Source: Selaginella moellendorffii (taxonomy: Eukaryota > Plantae > Lycopodiophyta). From it: DNA of 64,000 nucleotides. The first letter of the stretch is position 1. Each line of letters starts with the position of its first letter. The translations under genes and the position numbers were made by a program. The stretch is taken from contig NW_003314263.1 of the NCBI RefSeq assembly GCF_000143415.4, positions 347,114 to 411,113 of the forward strand. The letters are read 5' to 3'. Shown here piece by piece: positions 45,256 through 57,523 of the stretch. Below the pieces are notes generated by a model that was given only the letters and a program-made list of their open reading frames with translations, was not told where the DNA came from and ran no database searches.

Positions 45256-47089
45256 TAGTATGAGAAGCGCTTTGCCGCGTCGCAAGAACAAATCACCGTA
45301 GAACAATCACTCTCCCAGGCGTGGAATTTATCGTCTTTGGGAACTTTAACTACGTTATCTTGGGTTTTAATGGTTCTTCCTTTCTTTTTTGCTCGGCTTT
45401 GCTCACTTTGGCAGGAAGCTTCGTCATGAATCCACATGAGGCACATGAAAGCGAGCCAATTCAATGAGATCGCGCAAAAGAATTGGGTGAAAATGACAAC
45501 GCTGTCCAGCGGTACGAGAACTGTAGTAAGAAGATTTCTCCATTCGTTTTTTTTCATTGTGAAAGAACATGGGACGCAGTGACAAGGTTTGGATTTTGAG
45601 CCAGGTGACGAGTCAGAACGTTTAATCACAAACAAACGAACCAGGAATCGAAAGAAAAATTCGAGGGGGATAAGAAGGTACGCTCTTTCTATTGTTTCTA
45701 TTCTTGCCTGCTTTCCTTCTTGCATGAGTTGTACACCACATCTCTCAAGTCTGTAAAGTTCTTTCTTTTGTTACTCTTTTAAATCAGTTCCATCCTTTCC
45801 TGTGAATTCTTATACTTGATTGCCAAGCATTGTTTTCGTAAAGTTCTTTCGAGTAGGCTGGAGCTGTGCTTCTCTGGAGTCTAGTTCTAGTTGGCCCTGC
45901 GTGTGATATTCGATCAAGATCTAGCGACTGTTTCACTCATCGAAACTTTCCAGGACTGTAGCACACACCAGAGATAATAATTCGCCACCACTGCGAAAGC
46001 TCTCTATCGATCACGGGAGTGGGATCTCATGGGTGGAATCATGCCTCCCAAGCTCCACCAAAAGACACACACGAGGAGGCCCATCTTTGTCACCCATTGT
46101 TCCTTTGTCCACAAGCAAGCGAGCACGGACGGTAAGCGCATTTGGATTTTTTAAGTAGCGCACACTCGAATGTCGATGGTTGTCATTAGCTAAGAATTCC
46201 ATTAAGCTAGCAGGGATTTCCATTTGATCGTGTCGAGCTCGTCCAGTCTTTTAAAATTGGATTTTTTTTGGTTATAGGCGAAGAAGTTAACGCATCACGT
46301 CAGTGTTCTTGGCGTTTCTTTCTCGAGAGCGACGCCAAGGTTTGGTGTCACGGAATTCCACAATGGAGAAAACCATAGCTTATCTTCGTATAGTTTTTTT
46401 CGATGTTCTAACGAACGAACGTGTAAGTTGGAAGAAACCAATTATGACGCAAGGATCGATCCATCGATCGATCTGTCGATCACAAAAAGGAAAGGAGAAA
46501 AGAAAGAAAATGATGTAAAGTTTGGAATGGTGCATTGGATCCAACGCACTATTCTTTGTGTGTGAATGTAGCGTCTAGCTAGTGGAGAGAAATGATACCC
46601 CTTGCATTGCTTTGTCTAGTAACCATAGCAAACACATACCATGGAAAAATCTTTGTATGCTAGCTTTTGCAGGTGTCACGATGCCAAGCATTAATCACTG
46701 ATTCGGAAATAGAATAATCTGTCCTAAAATATCTACACTTAAAAAATAATATTTGAGTTTAAACTTATATAATTTGAGAAAAATACAAAAAATAATGTGA
46801 CAATTATTTATTAATGTTGTCTTGAAAAGAATTTGTATAGGAAAGAATTTATAATGTACACCGCCTCTGGAAGACCCTCGATTTTGGTGCTTTTTTCGCG
46901 GGGTCAAAAAGAATGATCTATATGAAAGAGCTTATGAGAGACCACGCCGGGAGAAAGAGAGAGGAACGCACAAAACCTGTGTTTGCCGAGGCACGATGAA
47001 AGGGGAAAAAAAATAAAAAAATCTCTCCAATGCCCAAAAATGCTGCTGCTGCTGCTGCTATGATCCAATTTGATCTTCGCGCGAAGAAA

Positions 47090-48337
47090 CTATTGCTCGT
47101 GAGAGCTGTGATCCTCGTTGCTGTGATCTCTTCCCTGGTGATGATGATGCTGACCTTGGTGCTCGCCTAGATCTTGGTGGTGTTGATGCTGCTGTTCTTG
47201 CTGTTGCGTCATGTTCCTCGTGTAGGCGCTCAGCGCGCTCAGCATTCCCAGATGCCCGTGCTCGATCGAGGACGAGGAGGCCGGCATGGAGGAGAGCACG
47301 TACGAGGACGATGGCTGCTGCATCGAGCTCAAATTCATATGCCCCAAGAGGTGGTGGTGGAGATTGTGGCTGCCCATTGCCGGATTCGAGGAATTGGAGT
47401 TGGAATTGCTGGAATCCATGGCCGAGAGCGCCGAGCTTGGTAGATCCAATCCCCCAGCCCTAATAAACATCTGGGACGACGCCGGGGAAGGGAACCACAC
47501 TTGCTGCTCGCTCGCAGGCAGCATCCAAATGGCGGGAGAGTTCCATAGCGCCGGAATATGCCCTGGTTGTGGGGACGGTATATGCCCCTGCCGTCTCCCG
47601 CCGTCCGGGTCTTCTTTGAGCTGGTGGCCCAGCAGCATCGGGATGGACGGAATGTCCGCCCGGATCCTCTTGCCGAACCTCCCGCCCTGATCGTCGCCGT
47701 CCTCTCCATCCGGATCCAACGGCCGGGACTCGTGCTCCGCGGAGGAAGGCCCCAGCTGCTGGAACGCCATGAGCGGGTGGTGATGGGCGGTTGGGTCGTA
47801 GCCAGCGGGTGCCGACAGCCCCGATCGCTCCACGCTGGATGCCGCCGGCGGTGGCGGCAGTGCCGGGCTGTAGACGCCGCTGGCCGCAGTGTAGCCCAGC
47901 GGCATACCGCGCGACTCGGCGGTGCTGCTGCGCGGTACCTGTTCGATGGTGCTGCTGCCGCTGCGCGAGAGCCCAGCCATGCCGTGCGGCTTACCGCGCA
48001 GTAGCAGCCCGCCGCTTTGCATGGCCAGCGCGGGGATGGTGCCGGTGCCCGTAGCGGCGATGATGGCCTGCTCGGAGTGGCGGAGCAGCCACTCTATCGT
48101 CTCGCCATCGGATTTGTGACCTAATTCCCGCGTGAGTTGGAAGATCCGCGCGGCGCAAGTCGCGGGCATCCGGATCCGCCGCCCCCGCCCCTCCACCTTG
48201 GTGTGGCGGTCTTTGTTGGAGGATCTCTTAGGCGGCGGCTTCTTGGGCGGCGGTGGCGCGGCCGGCGGCGCCGCGCCACCGCCGGGGTCCTGGATCGAGG
48301 ATGTGGACGACGAATCCATGGAGTTTGCTGCTCGCAT
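47090..48337 (-). CDS. TCP: Class I TCP transcription factor, intronless
   Basis: [57 protein letters not shown]. Confidence 0.95.
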   Translation of the reverse strand: MRAANSMDSSSTSSIQDPGGGAAPPAAPPPPKKPPPKRSSNKDRHTKVEGRGRRIRMPATCAARIFQLTRELGHKSDGETIEWLLRHSEQAIIAATGTGTIPALAMQSGGLLLRGKPHGMAGLSRSGSSTIEQVPRSSTAESRGMPLGYTAASGVYSPALPPPPAASSVERSGLSAPAGYDPTAHHHPLMAFQQLGPSSAEHESRPLDPDGEDGDDQGGRFGKRIRADIPSIPMLLGHQLKEDPDGGRRQGHIPSPQPGHIPALWNSPAIWMLPASEQQVWFPSPASSQMFIRAGGLDLPSSALSAMDSSNSNSNSSNPAMGSHNLHHHLLGHMNLSSMQQPSSSYVLSSMPASSSSIEHGHLGMLSALSAYTRNMTQQQEQQHQHHQDLGEHQGQHHHHQGRDHSNEDHSSHEQ

Positions 48338-49224
48338 TTCCTCCTCCCTGGGACCCCAGCGATCGCGAATTCTCGCGAATTCTTCTTTCTGGCCTGTGCT
48401 GGATGCTGGAGCCCTCTAATCTATTCCCTGCCCGACTGCCGTGCCCACCAAGCAAGCTCTTTGCCTAGTCCCCGGAGAATTCTATCGCTCTCGCCCACCA
48501 AGCTCTTGTCCAGACCTGGAATTGTGTCGCTCTCCCGGGGAAGAGGGAGCGATCTTAGATTCTACTTTAGTTCGTCGCTATAGATTCCGGCGATGGAAAT
48601 TCTTCGCTTCGCGCCCCCGCGATCGTGGTGCCGCCGCCATCCGCCACAATGAGGAGCCACCTAAACACCATCAAGGAACGAGGAATTCCAGCTCCAGGGA
48701 GAAGAGAATTGCCAGCCAAGGATCGAGGAGGAAGTGAAGAGCGCTCAAGAGCAATCACTCACTGGTGGAGGAAGGGCGCGGCATTGTGGTGGCAGGAAGA
48801 AGGATTTGGGCAATTGGCGGTGGTGGAGAGAATTTAAAGCTGCGACGCTGCCACACAGATCTATCATCTACCAGCGAGACTGCGACGCGGCGGCGATGGA
48901 TAATCGCGGGCCATGGGAGGGATGGGCTCCTCTCGACGAAGAAGAACTGGCCCCAGGTTACAATCCAGGAAGAAGAAGAAGAAAGCGGAGCTTCCTAGAG
49001 AGAGCGAGTGATCCACAAGAGGGGAGGGGAAAAAAAACAAAGAGAGAGTGAGAGAGAGAGAGAGAGAAAAGAAAGATAGAGGGAAAAGTGGGGACCCCAC
49101 GTTCTGTCCTCTTTGTTGCATTGCTCGCCTGTTCATCGCTGCTCCAGGATTAAATTAGGGTTTCGCGGCCCAGGTTTTCTTTTCAATTCGCATCCAGATC
49201 ACCCGCGAGAGAATTAGGGCTCGT

Positions 49225-49560
49225 GTCACTCTGACGTGGCTAAAAAGCCGGCTGACGTGCCAGGCCACGTGGTGGATCCGACGGCTGGTATCACCCGATC
49301 GGACGGCTCGCCGGGTAGACGCGGCGCCGCCTGCGCGGCGCATGTGCGGGTTCTGACGCAGGCGCACGCGGTCCATCATGAGCCTCTGCTGCTCAGCCCT
49401 AGCGAAAAAAGAAAACACTACCGGAAAAATACTAAGAAAAATTAAAAGTTTGAAAAGATTTTTGGCGCGCAGTGGGCGGGGACGGCCGGATGCGTCCGGC
49501 AACGGACGAAGCCCACACGTGCCACGATGACGCCACGCTGGCGTCAGGGCACACGACGTC
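49225..49560. promoter_or_regulatory. ACGT-box (G/C-box) cluster upstream of TCP
   Basis: CTGACGTGGC, CTGACGTGC, GCCACGTGG and CACACGTGCC, upstream of a telo-box (49154) and a CT-rich leader. Confidence 0.4.
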
Positions 49561-50097
49561 GGCGGTTTGCTCGTTCTCTTTCTCTTTAAACGTTTTTTTA
49601 TAAAATTTTCTCGTTTTCCCGCCAGCCCACGTCGGGCGAGATTGCGAGCTTTTGTTTCGTCGCTACGTGCTTTCTCTCTTGGCCAGCTATCATGGTTTTT
49701 CGGACATGATCAACGCCCGAAAGAATAGCTACCCAATTTTATCTATGAAATCAAGGATGAAATTTCTCCGTTCTCGATCTTTTTTGTCACCAAGCAAACA
49801 AAAGTCTTGACACGAAACACACACACCAGTTATTCAAAGAGCTTCCATTTTTTTCATTTCGCGAGAGTAGCATTGGATTGGACTGGTAAGTATATAGTCC
49901 CCCTCTTCTCTATCGAGAAAGCAGTAAGGAAATTCCCAGAGTGCGTCACCAACAACATTAGCTACTGCGGTGTTGATCATCTCTCTCCCTCCACAGTGAA
50001 AAGAAAAGGAAAGGAAAGAACAGGAAAAAAAATAGCCAAAAGCGAAATCACACAAGGAAAATGACCTCAAGTGCATAGCACGCTAGAAGACTTGTGA

Positions 50098-51403
50098 TTA
50101 GAAGAGACACTGGTGAACAGCAGCGAGAAAAAGAGAGAACGAGAGAGAGAGAGAGGGGAGGCCCCAGAATGAACAGAGAAGAGAGGAAGTAAAAAAAAGG
50201 AGAGCTTTTGCTGGTGCCACTCGAAAATTCGTCTCACGCACGCATTACCTCAGGTTCGGGCTTCCCAGTTATCTCTCCTTTGGACGCATCCTCAACTGGA
50301 TTCGCAACAACACATTTAGTTGTGGATAGGTTCGCAGGAACAGAGAAAAGAAAAAGAAAAAAACAGAACTTTCACGAACCTCCGTCTTCCTGTAGATCCG
50401 ACGTCCACAGCGTCAAGTTGTCTCTGAGAAGCTGCATGATCAAAGTGCTGTCCTTGTAGGATTCTTCGCTGAGCGTGTCCAGCTCCGCGATCGCATCGTC
50501 AAAAGCTTGCTTGGCTAGCTGGCAAGCGCTGTTGCAACAGCGAAACAAAGCCACAAAGTCAGTTGAAGTGGAGAAAACTAAAAAGAGGACGAGGCGCTCT
50601 CACCGATCTGGCGAGTTGAGTATCTCGTAGTAGAAAACTGAGAAGTTTAGTGCCAGCCCAAGCCGAATTGGATGCGTAGGAGGCAGATCGGTCGAAGCAG
50701 TATCAGTGGCGGCCTGAAACAACGCACACCCAAAACTTATAGAAACCAAAACAACGATCACGCAAAGAGATTTGCGAGCTTACCTGGTAAGCCTTGAATG
50801 ATTGATCGGCCGCCTCCTTTCTTTCGTTACCGGTCTTGAACTCCGCGAGATAACGGAAGTAGTCTCCTTTCCTGTTGATAAGAACAAGTCAAGACCCAAA
50901 AGGACAAGAGCAACAAAAAAAAAAAAAGAAAAGTATCGCTCACATCTTGTAATAAAACACCGTAGACTCGCCGGTGCTAGATGCGGGGACTAGATGCTCG
51001 TCGATGATGGTGAGAATGTCATTGCAAATCGTGGAGAGCTCGTCCTCTACCTTCTGCTGGTAGTCGCCGATCCGCTTCACGTTTTGCTCGTTGCCTTTGC
51101 TCTCCTCCTTTTGCTCGATCGAGGACAAGATCCGCCACGACGCTCTCCGTGCGCCGATAACGTTCTTGTACCCCACGGACAGGAGATTTCGTTCCTCCAC
51201 GGTGAGCTCCACATCGAGCTTGGCGACCTTCTTCATGGATTCGACCATTTCTGCGGGGAAATAGACAAGAGTCACACACAGATCCGAGGGATCGAAGGCG
51301 CGAGATTATCGCATCGATCCAGGAGCTCACCGTCGTAGCGCTCTGCTTGCTCGGCAAGCTTGGCCATATAGACAAAGCATTCGCGCTCCTTCTCCATTCC
51401 CAT
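50098..51403 (-). CDS. GRF: 14-3-3 protein (epsilon-like group), multi-exon
   Basis: [35 protein letters not shown] and [22 protein letters not shown]. The final micro-exon and stop are uncertain (50098 or ~50233). Confidence 0.93.
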
Positions 51404-51593
51404 GGCGCCGTCGACGATCTGCGATCCGAAGCTCCTGGCTATGGCGGAAGAACAAGGGTTTGCAGGAAATAAACAGGGGGTTTTAATATTCGCTGGATAG
51501 GGATTCGAACCCGCGCCATAAGGGTTACGTTTCAGCCGTTGGATCAACGCCCGATCCAACGGCAACGAGATGACATGGAAGAACCCTAAAAAA

Positions 51594-52145
51594 TCACACA
51601 TCGTCTTCCAGCCGGAGGTACTCTCCCACATCCGCCTGGTGCAGGGCGACGATGTCGTTTGGATCCAGCTTCCTGCAATCGTGCGTGGATTTCGCAGCCA
51701 GCCCGAATCCCAGCGGCACATCGGACATGGAATAGATCACAACCCCTTCGTACTGCGGGGTGTTCTCGGTGATCCTTCCAAGCCCGCTCTTGAGGACGTG
51801 ATTGCCGTAGAGGAAGGACATCTCCGCCGAGGGCTTGAGCCAAATCTTGTGCTTGGAATGCGCCGCCAGGAGATCGAGGCAAGTGATGGTGAGATGGAAT
51901 TTGCCGCTCTTGGTGTATTTGCCGATGCAAGTGCCCAGCGAGACGAGCTTCTCCCGCGACACATTGGTGGCCTTCTTGACGAGATCCTCGCTCACGTAGT
52001 AGACGCGCTGCTTGTGGAGGCGAAAGCAATACCTGCTAGATGTGATGGCGTCCTTGCGCTCCACGATCTGCCGGAGATTGGCGCCCACGAATTTGTGGAG
52101 CTTCTCAAACACCACCGTTGTCTCTTGCTCGTCCAGTGGCCTCAT
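51594..52145 (-). CDS. NIP7: 60S ribosome subunit biogenesis protein NIP7
   Basis: [59 protein letters not shown] telo-box lies at ~52158-52170. Confidence 0.95.
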   Translation of the reverse strand: MRPLDEQETTVVFEKLHKFVGANLRQIVERKDAITSSRYCFRLHKQRVYYVSEDLVKKATNVSREKLVSLGTCIGKYTKSGKFHLTITCLDLLAAHSKHKIWLKPSAEMSFLYGNHVLKSGLGRITENTPQYEGVVIYSMSDVPLGFGLAAKSTHDCRKLDPNDIVALHQADVGEYLRLEDDV

Positions 52146-52346
52146 TCCCGCGAGCAAGAACCCTAAACCCAGGTTTTACGAGGCCTCGAGTTCGATTCCT
52201 TGGGCGAGACCGATTCAAACGTAGGAGGTCTGGTGATCGATTCCTTGGGCGTACAATCTTAGGGCGAGACCGATTCCAGGTTCGAATCCCTGGGAAACAA
52301 TAAAAAATGTAGGGTTTGTACTCTTTAGATTAGACGCAATGAAAGC

Positions 52347-53526
52347 ATGCAGCTGATCGGTCGAGATGGAGCGCGGCCGGAATCGCGGCGCTGCCAACGC
52401 TGCGGCATCGCAATCGCAATCGCAATCGCAATCGTCTCCAGCGCGCGCGTCGGCGTCGAGGTTGAATCTCTCTGTTGCGTGTATTTGGATGGGGAATGCG
52501 ATTTCTGCGTGGATTCCAGGCGCAAGGATGGAGCTGGAGGTCGGCTGGGGAGTCTCCAGAACGCTCTAGGCCGGCATGTCGACAGGGCGATCTCGGGAAT
52601 CCACAAGCTCGTGAATGAGAGCCCCGAAATACAAGCGCTGAGGTCTTCTAGACAGGTATAGTGCGTGAAATCTCTTAAATCTTGTGCTGATGGTAGCTAG
52701 ATTTCTTCCAGAGCGCGAATGGAGAGCTCCCAGGCACCGATTCCACATCATCCAGCGACGAAATCTCTTGGAAGGATTTGTATCGGATAAACTGGACGCC
52801 AAAGGAGCTGCGAGTGAAATTCCGGCAGCAAATGGAGGGGTACCAGCTTGGTGCCAACTTTGAGGTAGTAAGGGATGAGGTACTAGAACATAAAAAAGGA
52901 TGGAAGTCAGTAGAGCGCTCCTTCGATTTTCTTTGCTTCTTTGATCTGCTAAAAGCTTTTTCTTTTGGTTTGCCACAGTTTGATGGGATCCAAGAGCACG
53001 GGTGCAACACCAAGATCGTGCTCAAGCCCGTCGGGAACGATCCAAAGTGGAAGCTCATGTTTGAGCCCAAGCAAGGAGATATCCGGCTCATCACAAGGAA
53101 AATCCCGATTGGACCGCTCCTAAGTTTCCAGGTACGAATATCTCATACAGTCCACGAGTAAGTTCTTATCGACTTTGCCTTCTCCCAGGTTGGGCTAGGA
53201 CACGACTTTCGCAGCAGAAAAAGTGGCTGGAAATGGAGAGTGACATCGTCCCTGGGCGATTGTTGGCCAGCGCAAATCAAGCAAAAGACAAGACTGGCAA
53301 TCTGTCCCGGGTTTGATGTTAGAGTTGGATGGAACGCGGAATACGTCCTACCAGATGTTCATGGGTCAGTACTCACTCTCTTTTGCTTTGTCTTCTCGCC
53401 ATTAAAAGCTTGGGGGAATTTCGTGACAGGTCCATGGGAGTGGGAGAACCTCCGGTGGGATTGGATCTGGGACATCTCAGTGCATCGCTAGATCGAGTGG
53501 AAGCCATATTCACGCACGCAACGTGA
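52347..53526 (+). CDS. Conserved uncharacterised plant protein, multi-exon, beta-strand-rich C-terminal half
   Basis: Five exon-like blocks with GT-AG boundaries: KIVLKP..KWKLMFEP..DIRLITRKIP, VGLGHDF..GWKW, GFDVRVGWNAEYVLP and LSASLDRVEAIFTHAT*. Start uncertain. Confidence 0.7.
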
Positions 53527-53707
53527 GAGGTATAGCTTGTAGGTACGCGCATTCTTTCTGTACAGTAAATTCTCTGTGGTCGAAGTTACGTAAAGAACGA
53601 ATCGGCGCAGCTGGATTTTTCCAGGCACTGCACGCTTTTGTAAGTGAAAACTTCTTTAGATTTCCTGAGGCTTATTTACTTCCCATGGTTTTGTTAGCTT
53701 GTTCAAA

Positions 53708-54447
53708 TCAAAAAACCTTTACACCTGCCTCCACTGTGAAGTAGACTCCACCAACAGGGAAGCCCAGAGAGTACTCGTCCGAGAACTTACGAACGCTGAA
53801 TTGCTGCCTTCTCGTGATCTTGCCAGCCGTGATCTTACCCTTCTGCAACGCGAGAGTGAGCCTAGAATCATAGAGTTCCCGCTAGAAACTTGGAGAGCAA
53901 TCTAGTACCTGCTTGAAAACGAGAATGTAGTAGCGATGGACACCCATAGGAGGCGAAGGGCCAGCATAGGAGACCGCGTTTGTACCGTGCTTGAATACAT
54001 CTAAATGTTTCGCAATCTAAGTTCCTGGAATGATAGAAATGAAAAGAAAAGATAAGTACCTTTTGTTCCTGTCGGAATGTTTGTGACGATCCAGTGCAAG
54101 ACGTTCCTGTAGATTGGTTTCTCGGGACTGACAGCATCCGGATCCACCATAAGTAGCGTGAAGAGATCTCCTTTCTTGGCGTGGATGTCTGAGATGCTCA
54201 CCACTGGAGGCTTTTGAGTATCAGCTTGCTTGAACATCTGGCCCGTGGTGGTGACTGCTCGAGAGCCGAAAGTGGCCGAGACCGAAACGTAGGGGCTGTC
54301 ATAGGAATCCACCCAGGCTGGAATGATAGTCTGGAAATTGATGTCCGGCGAGCTTACGTCCAGCAAAGATCGTGCTGCCGATGCTGCTGTGTGAGCCTCT
54401 ACAAGGAAGATCGCCGATGCTACTAGAGCAGCGAGGAAAGTCGCCAT
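53708..54447 (-). CDS. PEBP-family protein (FT/TFL1/MFT superfamily) with an N-terminal signal peptide, 3 exons
   Basis: FTLLMVDPDAVSPEKP..LHWIVTNIP, YAGPSPPMGVHRYYILVFKQ and RQQFSVRKF..LGFPVGGVYF. Confidence 0.85.
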
Positions 54448-54740
54448 TTCCCCGTAGTGCTTACGACAGTCCTCGAAGAAAAATCTCCTCTTTAGAAGGC
54501 CGTCGGATGAAATGGCCACGATTGAGATTGGGATAAACAGCCTCTTACAAGCTGACCAGATCCTGTAACGAAATGCTTGACTTTTACTTTTCGTAAGAAG
54601 GAAAAAGAAAATGGTACCTCAAGATTTGTAGCCAAGGAACGAACCTCCACGGACTTTGCAGCCACTGAGAAAGTAGAGTACCAAAGATAAGTAGGAGTGA
54701 GAGAACTCGTACCGGGCCAGCTCGAGCAAACACGTGTCCG

Positions 54741-57386
54741 TCACACCGGACGCTTGACAAGATCCTTGGACTCTTGTTCTCTTTCAGCTCTCGCGAGTTC
54801 ATCCACGAGGAACTTGATGATAGCCGCGCTGGGAGTAAGCACCTTCTTCATCTCGGAGAGAACTCGCACAGCTCGGTCGGTCTGTCCCAGCCGACAGAAT
54901 CCTTGAATCAGAATGTTGAAAGTAGCCTCATTCACCACGAACTCGTTCCTCTTCATCTCCCTGAGAAGCTCGTAAACCATCTGAAGGTTCCGCGTCCTGA
55001 AAAGTCCTTTCAAGAGGGTGTTGTATGCAACTATGCTTTGGATTCCCCACTTGCTTTTCAGCTCCTGGAGGACGTTACGGGCCTCTTCCACCTGATCCTG
55101 GTTTGAGTAAGCTGCGATCAGGCCAACGTACCAGAGCTCGTCGGGGAAACAACCGGTGTGGCTTATCAGCCTTCGAAGGACCACATGAGCTTCGCTTGGC
55201 TTCCCTGCTTTGAAGAGAGCGTTCAAGAGTGTGCTGTACGTACCAACTGAAGGTTTGGAGCCGAGCCTCACCATTTCCTCAAGAAAAGCCATGGCTACGA
55301 CGGCCTTATCTTGACGACACATCGCTCCGACCAGAGCGTCAACTGTAGAGCCATCCGGCTTGAGTCCTGCTCCGATCATATCTTCAAGTAGCTGACGAGC
55401 TTCCGCTAAGTTGTTCTCTTTGCAGAGGCTCTCGATCACAGTCGCGTAGAAAAAACCCGTTGGAGAATTCCCCGTAGCAAGAACGGCGCGAAGAACACGT
55501 TGAGCTTGCTCGAGACAGCGGAGGCTGGCTATGACAACGTTGCAGCTTGTTTCACTGATTTCGATTCCCTGTTCCAGTGATCGGACGTAAAGATCACATG
55601 CTTCGTCTGTTCTGCTCCATCGGCAAAGCCCCACTATCAGTGTTCCATACGTGATACCATCCGGTGAGCAGCCTCTTTCAGTCATCTCCTTCACGCGCAG
55701 CTTTGCATCACAGAGTCTGCCCGTCTTGCATAGGCCGTAGATGAGGGAGTTGTAGACAGCGAGATTTGGTTGGCAACCGTTCGCAACCATACTGTCGAAA
55801 ACAGTTGAAGCAGCATCCAACTCGCCTGCTCTACAAAGCCCAGAGATGACAGAGCTGTAAACTGGAACTTTTGGTAAGATTTTCTTGCCAACCATTTCTT
55901 CCAGATACGAGTGGGCTTCGGATGCTCTTCCAGCGTTGCAAAGTCCTCGGATGAGAGTGCTGTAAGTCACTACATCGGGATGTTGTCCTGCTGTGACCAT
56001 CTCTAGAAAGAGCTGATGAGCGTCGTTGACACGAGCGGCTTTGGAAAAGCCATCGATCAGGGTGTTGTAAGAAACAACGTCGGGAGTACAGCCATCTTCA
56101 TTGCGTAGAGTTCCCAAAAGGTCGCGAGCCTCGCTCAGCCGCTTTGCTCTACAAAGACCAGCAATGAGGATGTCATAAGTGAAGATGTCTGGAACAAAAT
56201 CGTTACTTTTCATCTCCTCTAGCAGCTCGTATGCCCTGTCAATCTCTTGCAGCCTGCAGTGTCCATGAATGAGCGTGTTGTACGTAAGGTTGTCGCCCTG
56301 GTAACCCTTGCGTTTCATGTCCTCGAGAAGATGGTAAGCTTTTCCCATATCACCGGCTTTGCAGTGTCCACCGATGACTGAGGTGTAATTCGCGAGCGTC
56401 GGGACCGGCATCTCCTGGAGAACCCGTTCCGCTTCTGCTACTTTCCCAGCCTTCACGAGGCCATTTATAACCACCGTGTAAGTCCAGTTGTTTGGAATCG
56501 CGGTATGCTTCATCTCTTCGAAGTAGTAGCAAGCCTCGTCGACTCTGATCGCCCTGAAAAGCCCGTCTATGAGAATGGTCCATGTCGCAGCACACGGAAT
56601 GCTCGACATTTTCTCAAAGTAGCGGAGTGCCAACTCTAGATTCCCGGACTTGCACAGCGCGTTGAGAAGAAACTTGCACGTAAGAACCACCGGCCTGAGT
56701 CCTCGATCCACCATCTCCTCATACAGACTACACGCCAGCTTCAGCTTTCCAAAGTTGCATAGCCCCCGAATCAGTATACCATAGGTGATCGAATCGGGTA
56801 TAAGCTCCTGCGGCCACTTCTCTTTGAAAAGCCTGTATGCTTCCTCACACTGGCCAGTCCGGATGAGAGCCTCGTAGAAACAATTGTATGTGTGGACAGT
56901 GTGCCTGAAATCCTGCCTCGTTCCAGCCCAGCCGAAGAAAACCATCGCGGACTCTCCATTTTTCACCATATGTAGAATCACTCCCACGAGTCTCTGCGAG
57001 AGCTGGCCGTTCCATTTCATCGAGAATCCCAATCTGGAGCTGCTCTCGACGATCTGGAGGAGCTGACGCACGTCCCTACGTTCCTCTAGAGTTAAAGCCC
57101 TGCTACTTCCATTGCTACTGCTACTAGCTACCTTATTCACCGCGAGCGAGCAAAACGTACCGATTCGATTGGAGCGAAGCGCTCGGAGGCCGATCGATGA
57201 CGATAATCCGACGGCGCGGCCGCATAATCTACACCTTCCAAGAACTAGCTGCAAGGATTTGAAGCCGGATCTTCGCAGGCGCCCGGCGGAGGCGCATTTT
57301 CCAGCTCCACCGCCGGGAATTCTAGGCGCGCAGTGATCTAGATCGAGGAAGCTGGATCGAGCGCCGCCGCTGGAGAGCGCATTCAT
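54741..57386 (-). CDS. P-class pentatricopeptide repeat protein, organelle-targeted, intronless
   Basis: Long run of 35-aa repeats (PDVVTYSTLIRGLC etc.) after FFGWAGTRQDFRHTVHTYN. ATG 57386 is chosen because the longer ORF overlaps PRT6 exon 1. Confidence 0.92.
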   Translation of the reverse strand: MNALSSGGARSSFLDLDHCAPRIPGGGAGKCASAGRLRRSGFKSLQLVLGRCRLCGRAVGLSSSIGLRALRSNRIGTFCSLAVNKVASSSSNGSSRALTLEERRDVRQLLQIVESSSRLGFSMKWNGQLSQRLVGVILHMVKNGESAMVFFGWAGTRQDFRHTVHTYNCFYEALIRTGQCEEAYRLFKEKWPQELIPDSITYGILIRGLCNFGKLKLACSLYEEMVDRGLRPVVLTCKFLLNALCKSGNLELALRYFEKMSSIPCAATWTILIDGLFRAIRVDEACYYFEEMKHTAIPNNWTYTVVINGLVKAGKVAEAERVLQEMPVPTLANYTSVIGGHCKAGDMGKAYHLLEDMKRKGYQGDNLTYNTLIHGHCRLQEIDRAYELLEEMKSNDFVPDIFTYDILIAGLCRAKRLSEARDLLGTLRNEDGCTPDVVSYNTLIDGFSKAARVNDAHQLFLEMVTAGQHPDVVTYSTLIRGLCNAGRASEAHSYLEEMVGKKILPKVPVYSSVISGLCRAGELDAASTVFDSMVANGCQPNLAVYNSLIYGLCKTGRLCDAKLRVKEMTERGCSPDGITYGTLIVGLCRWSRTDEACDLYVRSLEQGIEISETSCNVVIASLRCLEQAQRVLRAVLATGNSPTGFFYATVIESLCKENNLAEARQLLEDMIGAGLKPDGSTVDALVGAMCRQDKAVVAMAFLEEMVRLGSKPSVGTYSTLLNALFKAGKPSEAHVVLRRLISHTGCFPDELWYVGLIAAYSNQDQVEEARNVLQELKSKWGIQSIVAYNTLLKGLFRTRNLQMVYELLREMKRNEFVVNEATFNILIQGFCRLGQTDRAVRVLSEMKKVLTPSAAIIKFLVDELARAEREQESKDLVKRPV

Positions 57387-57523
57387 CCCTGGCTCTTGCC
57401 GCCCTCCTCCCCTGTTATTAGGGCTAGCACAGCGTTGTAAGATCTCATCGAGTGAATAGGTCGTGGTAGGGTTTGGATGCGGCGATAGCGATAGCGATAG
57501 CGCGACGATTTGGGATCGCGGCG

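Noticed and set aside
46011-46223. 70-aa ORF with a good ATG context
   Set aside because: No recognisable motif or supporting gene structure.
46524-46585. Short hairpin followed by CTAG, like a Helitron 3' end
   Set aside because: The stem is not GC-rich, the spacing is too long and no matching 5' end was identified.
52185-52300. tRNA-like GGTTCGAATCCC / GTTCGATTCC motifs in short repeats (also reverse strand at ~51500)
   Set aside because: No acceptor, D or anticodon stems could be built, so these are not tRNA genes.
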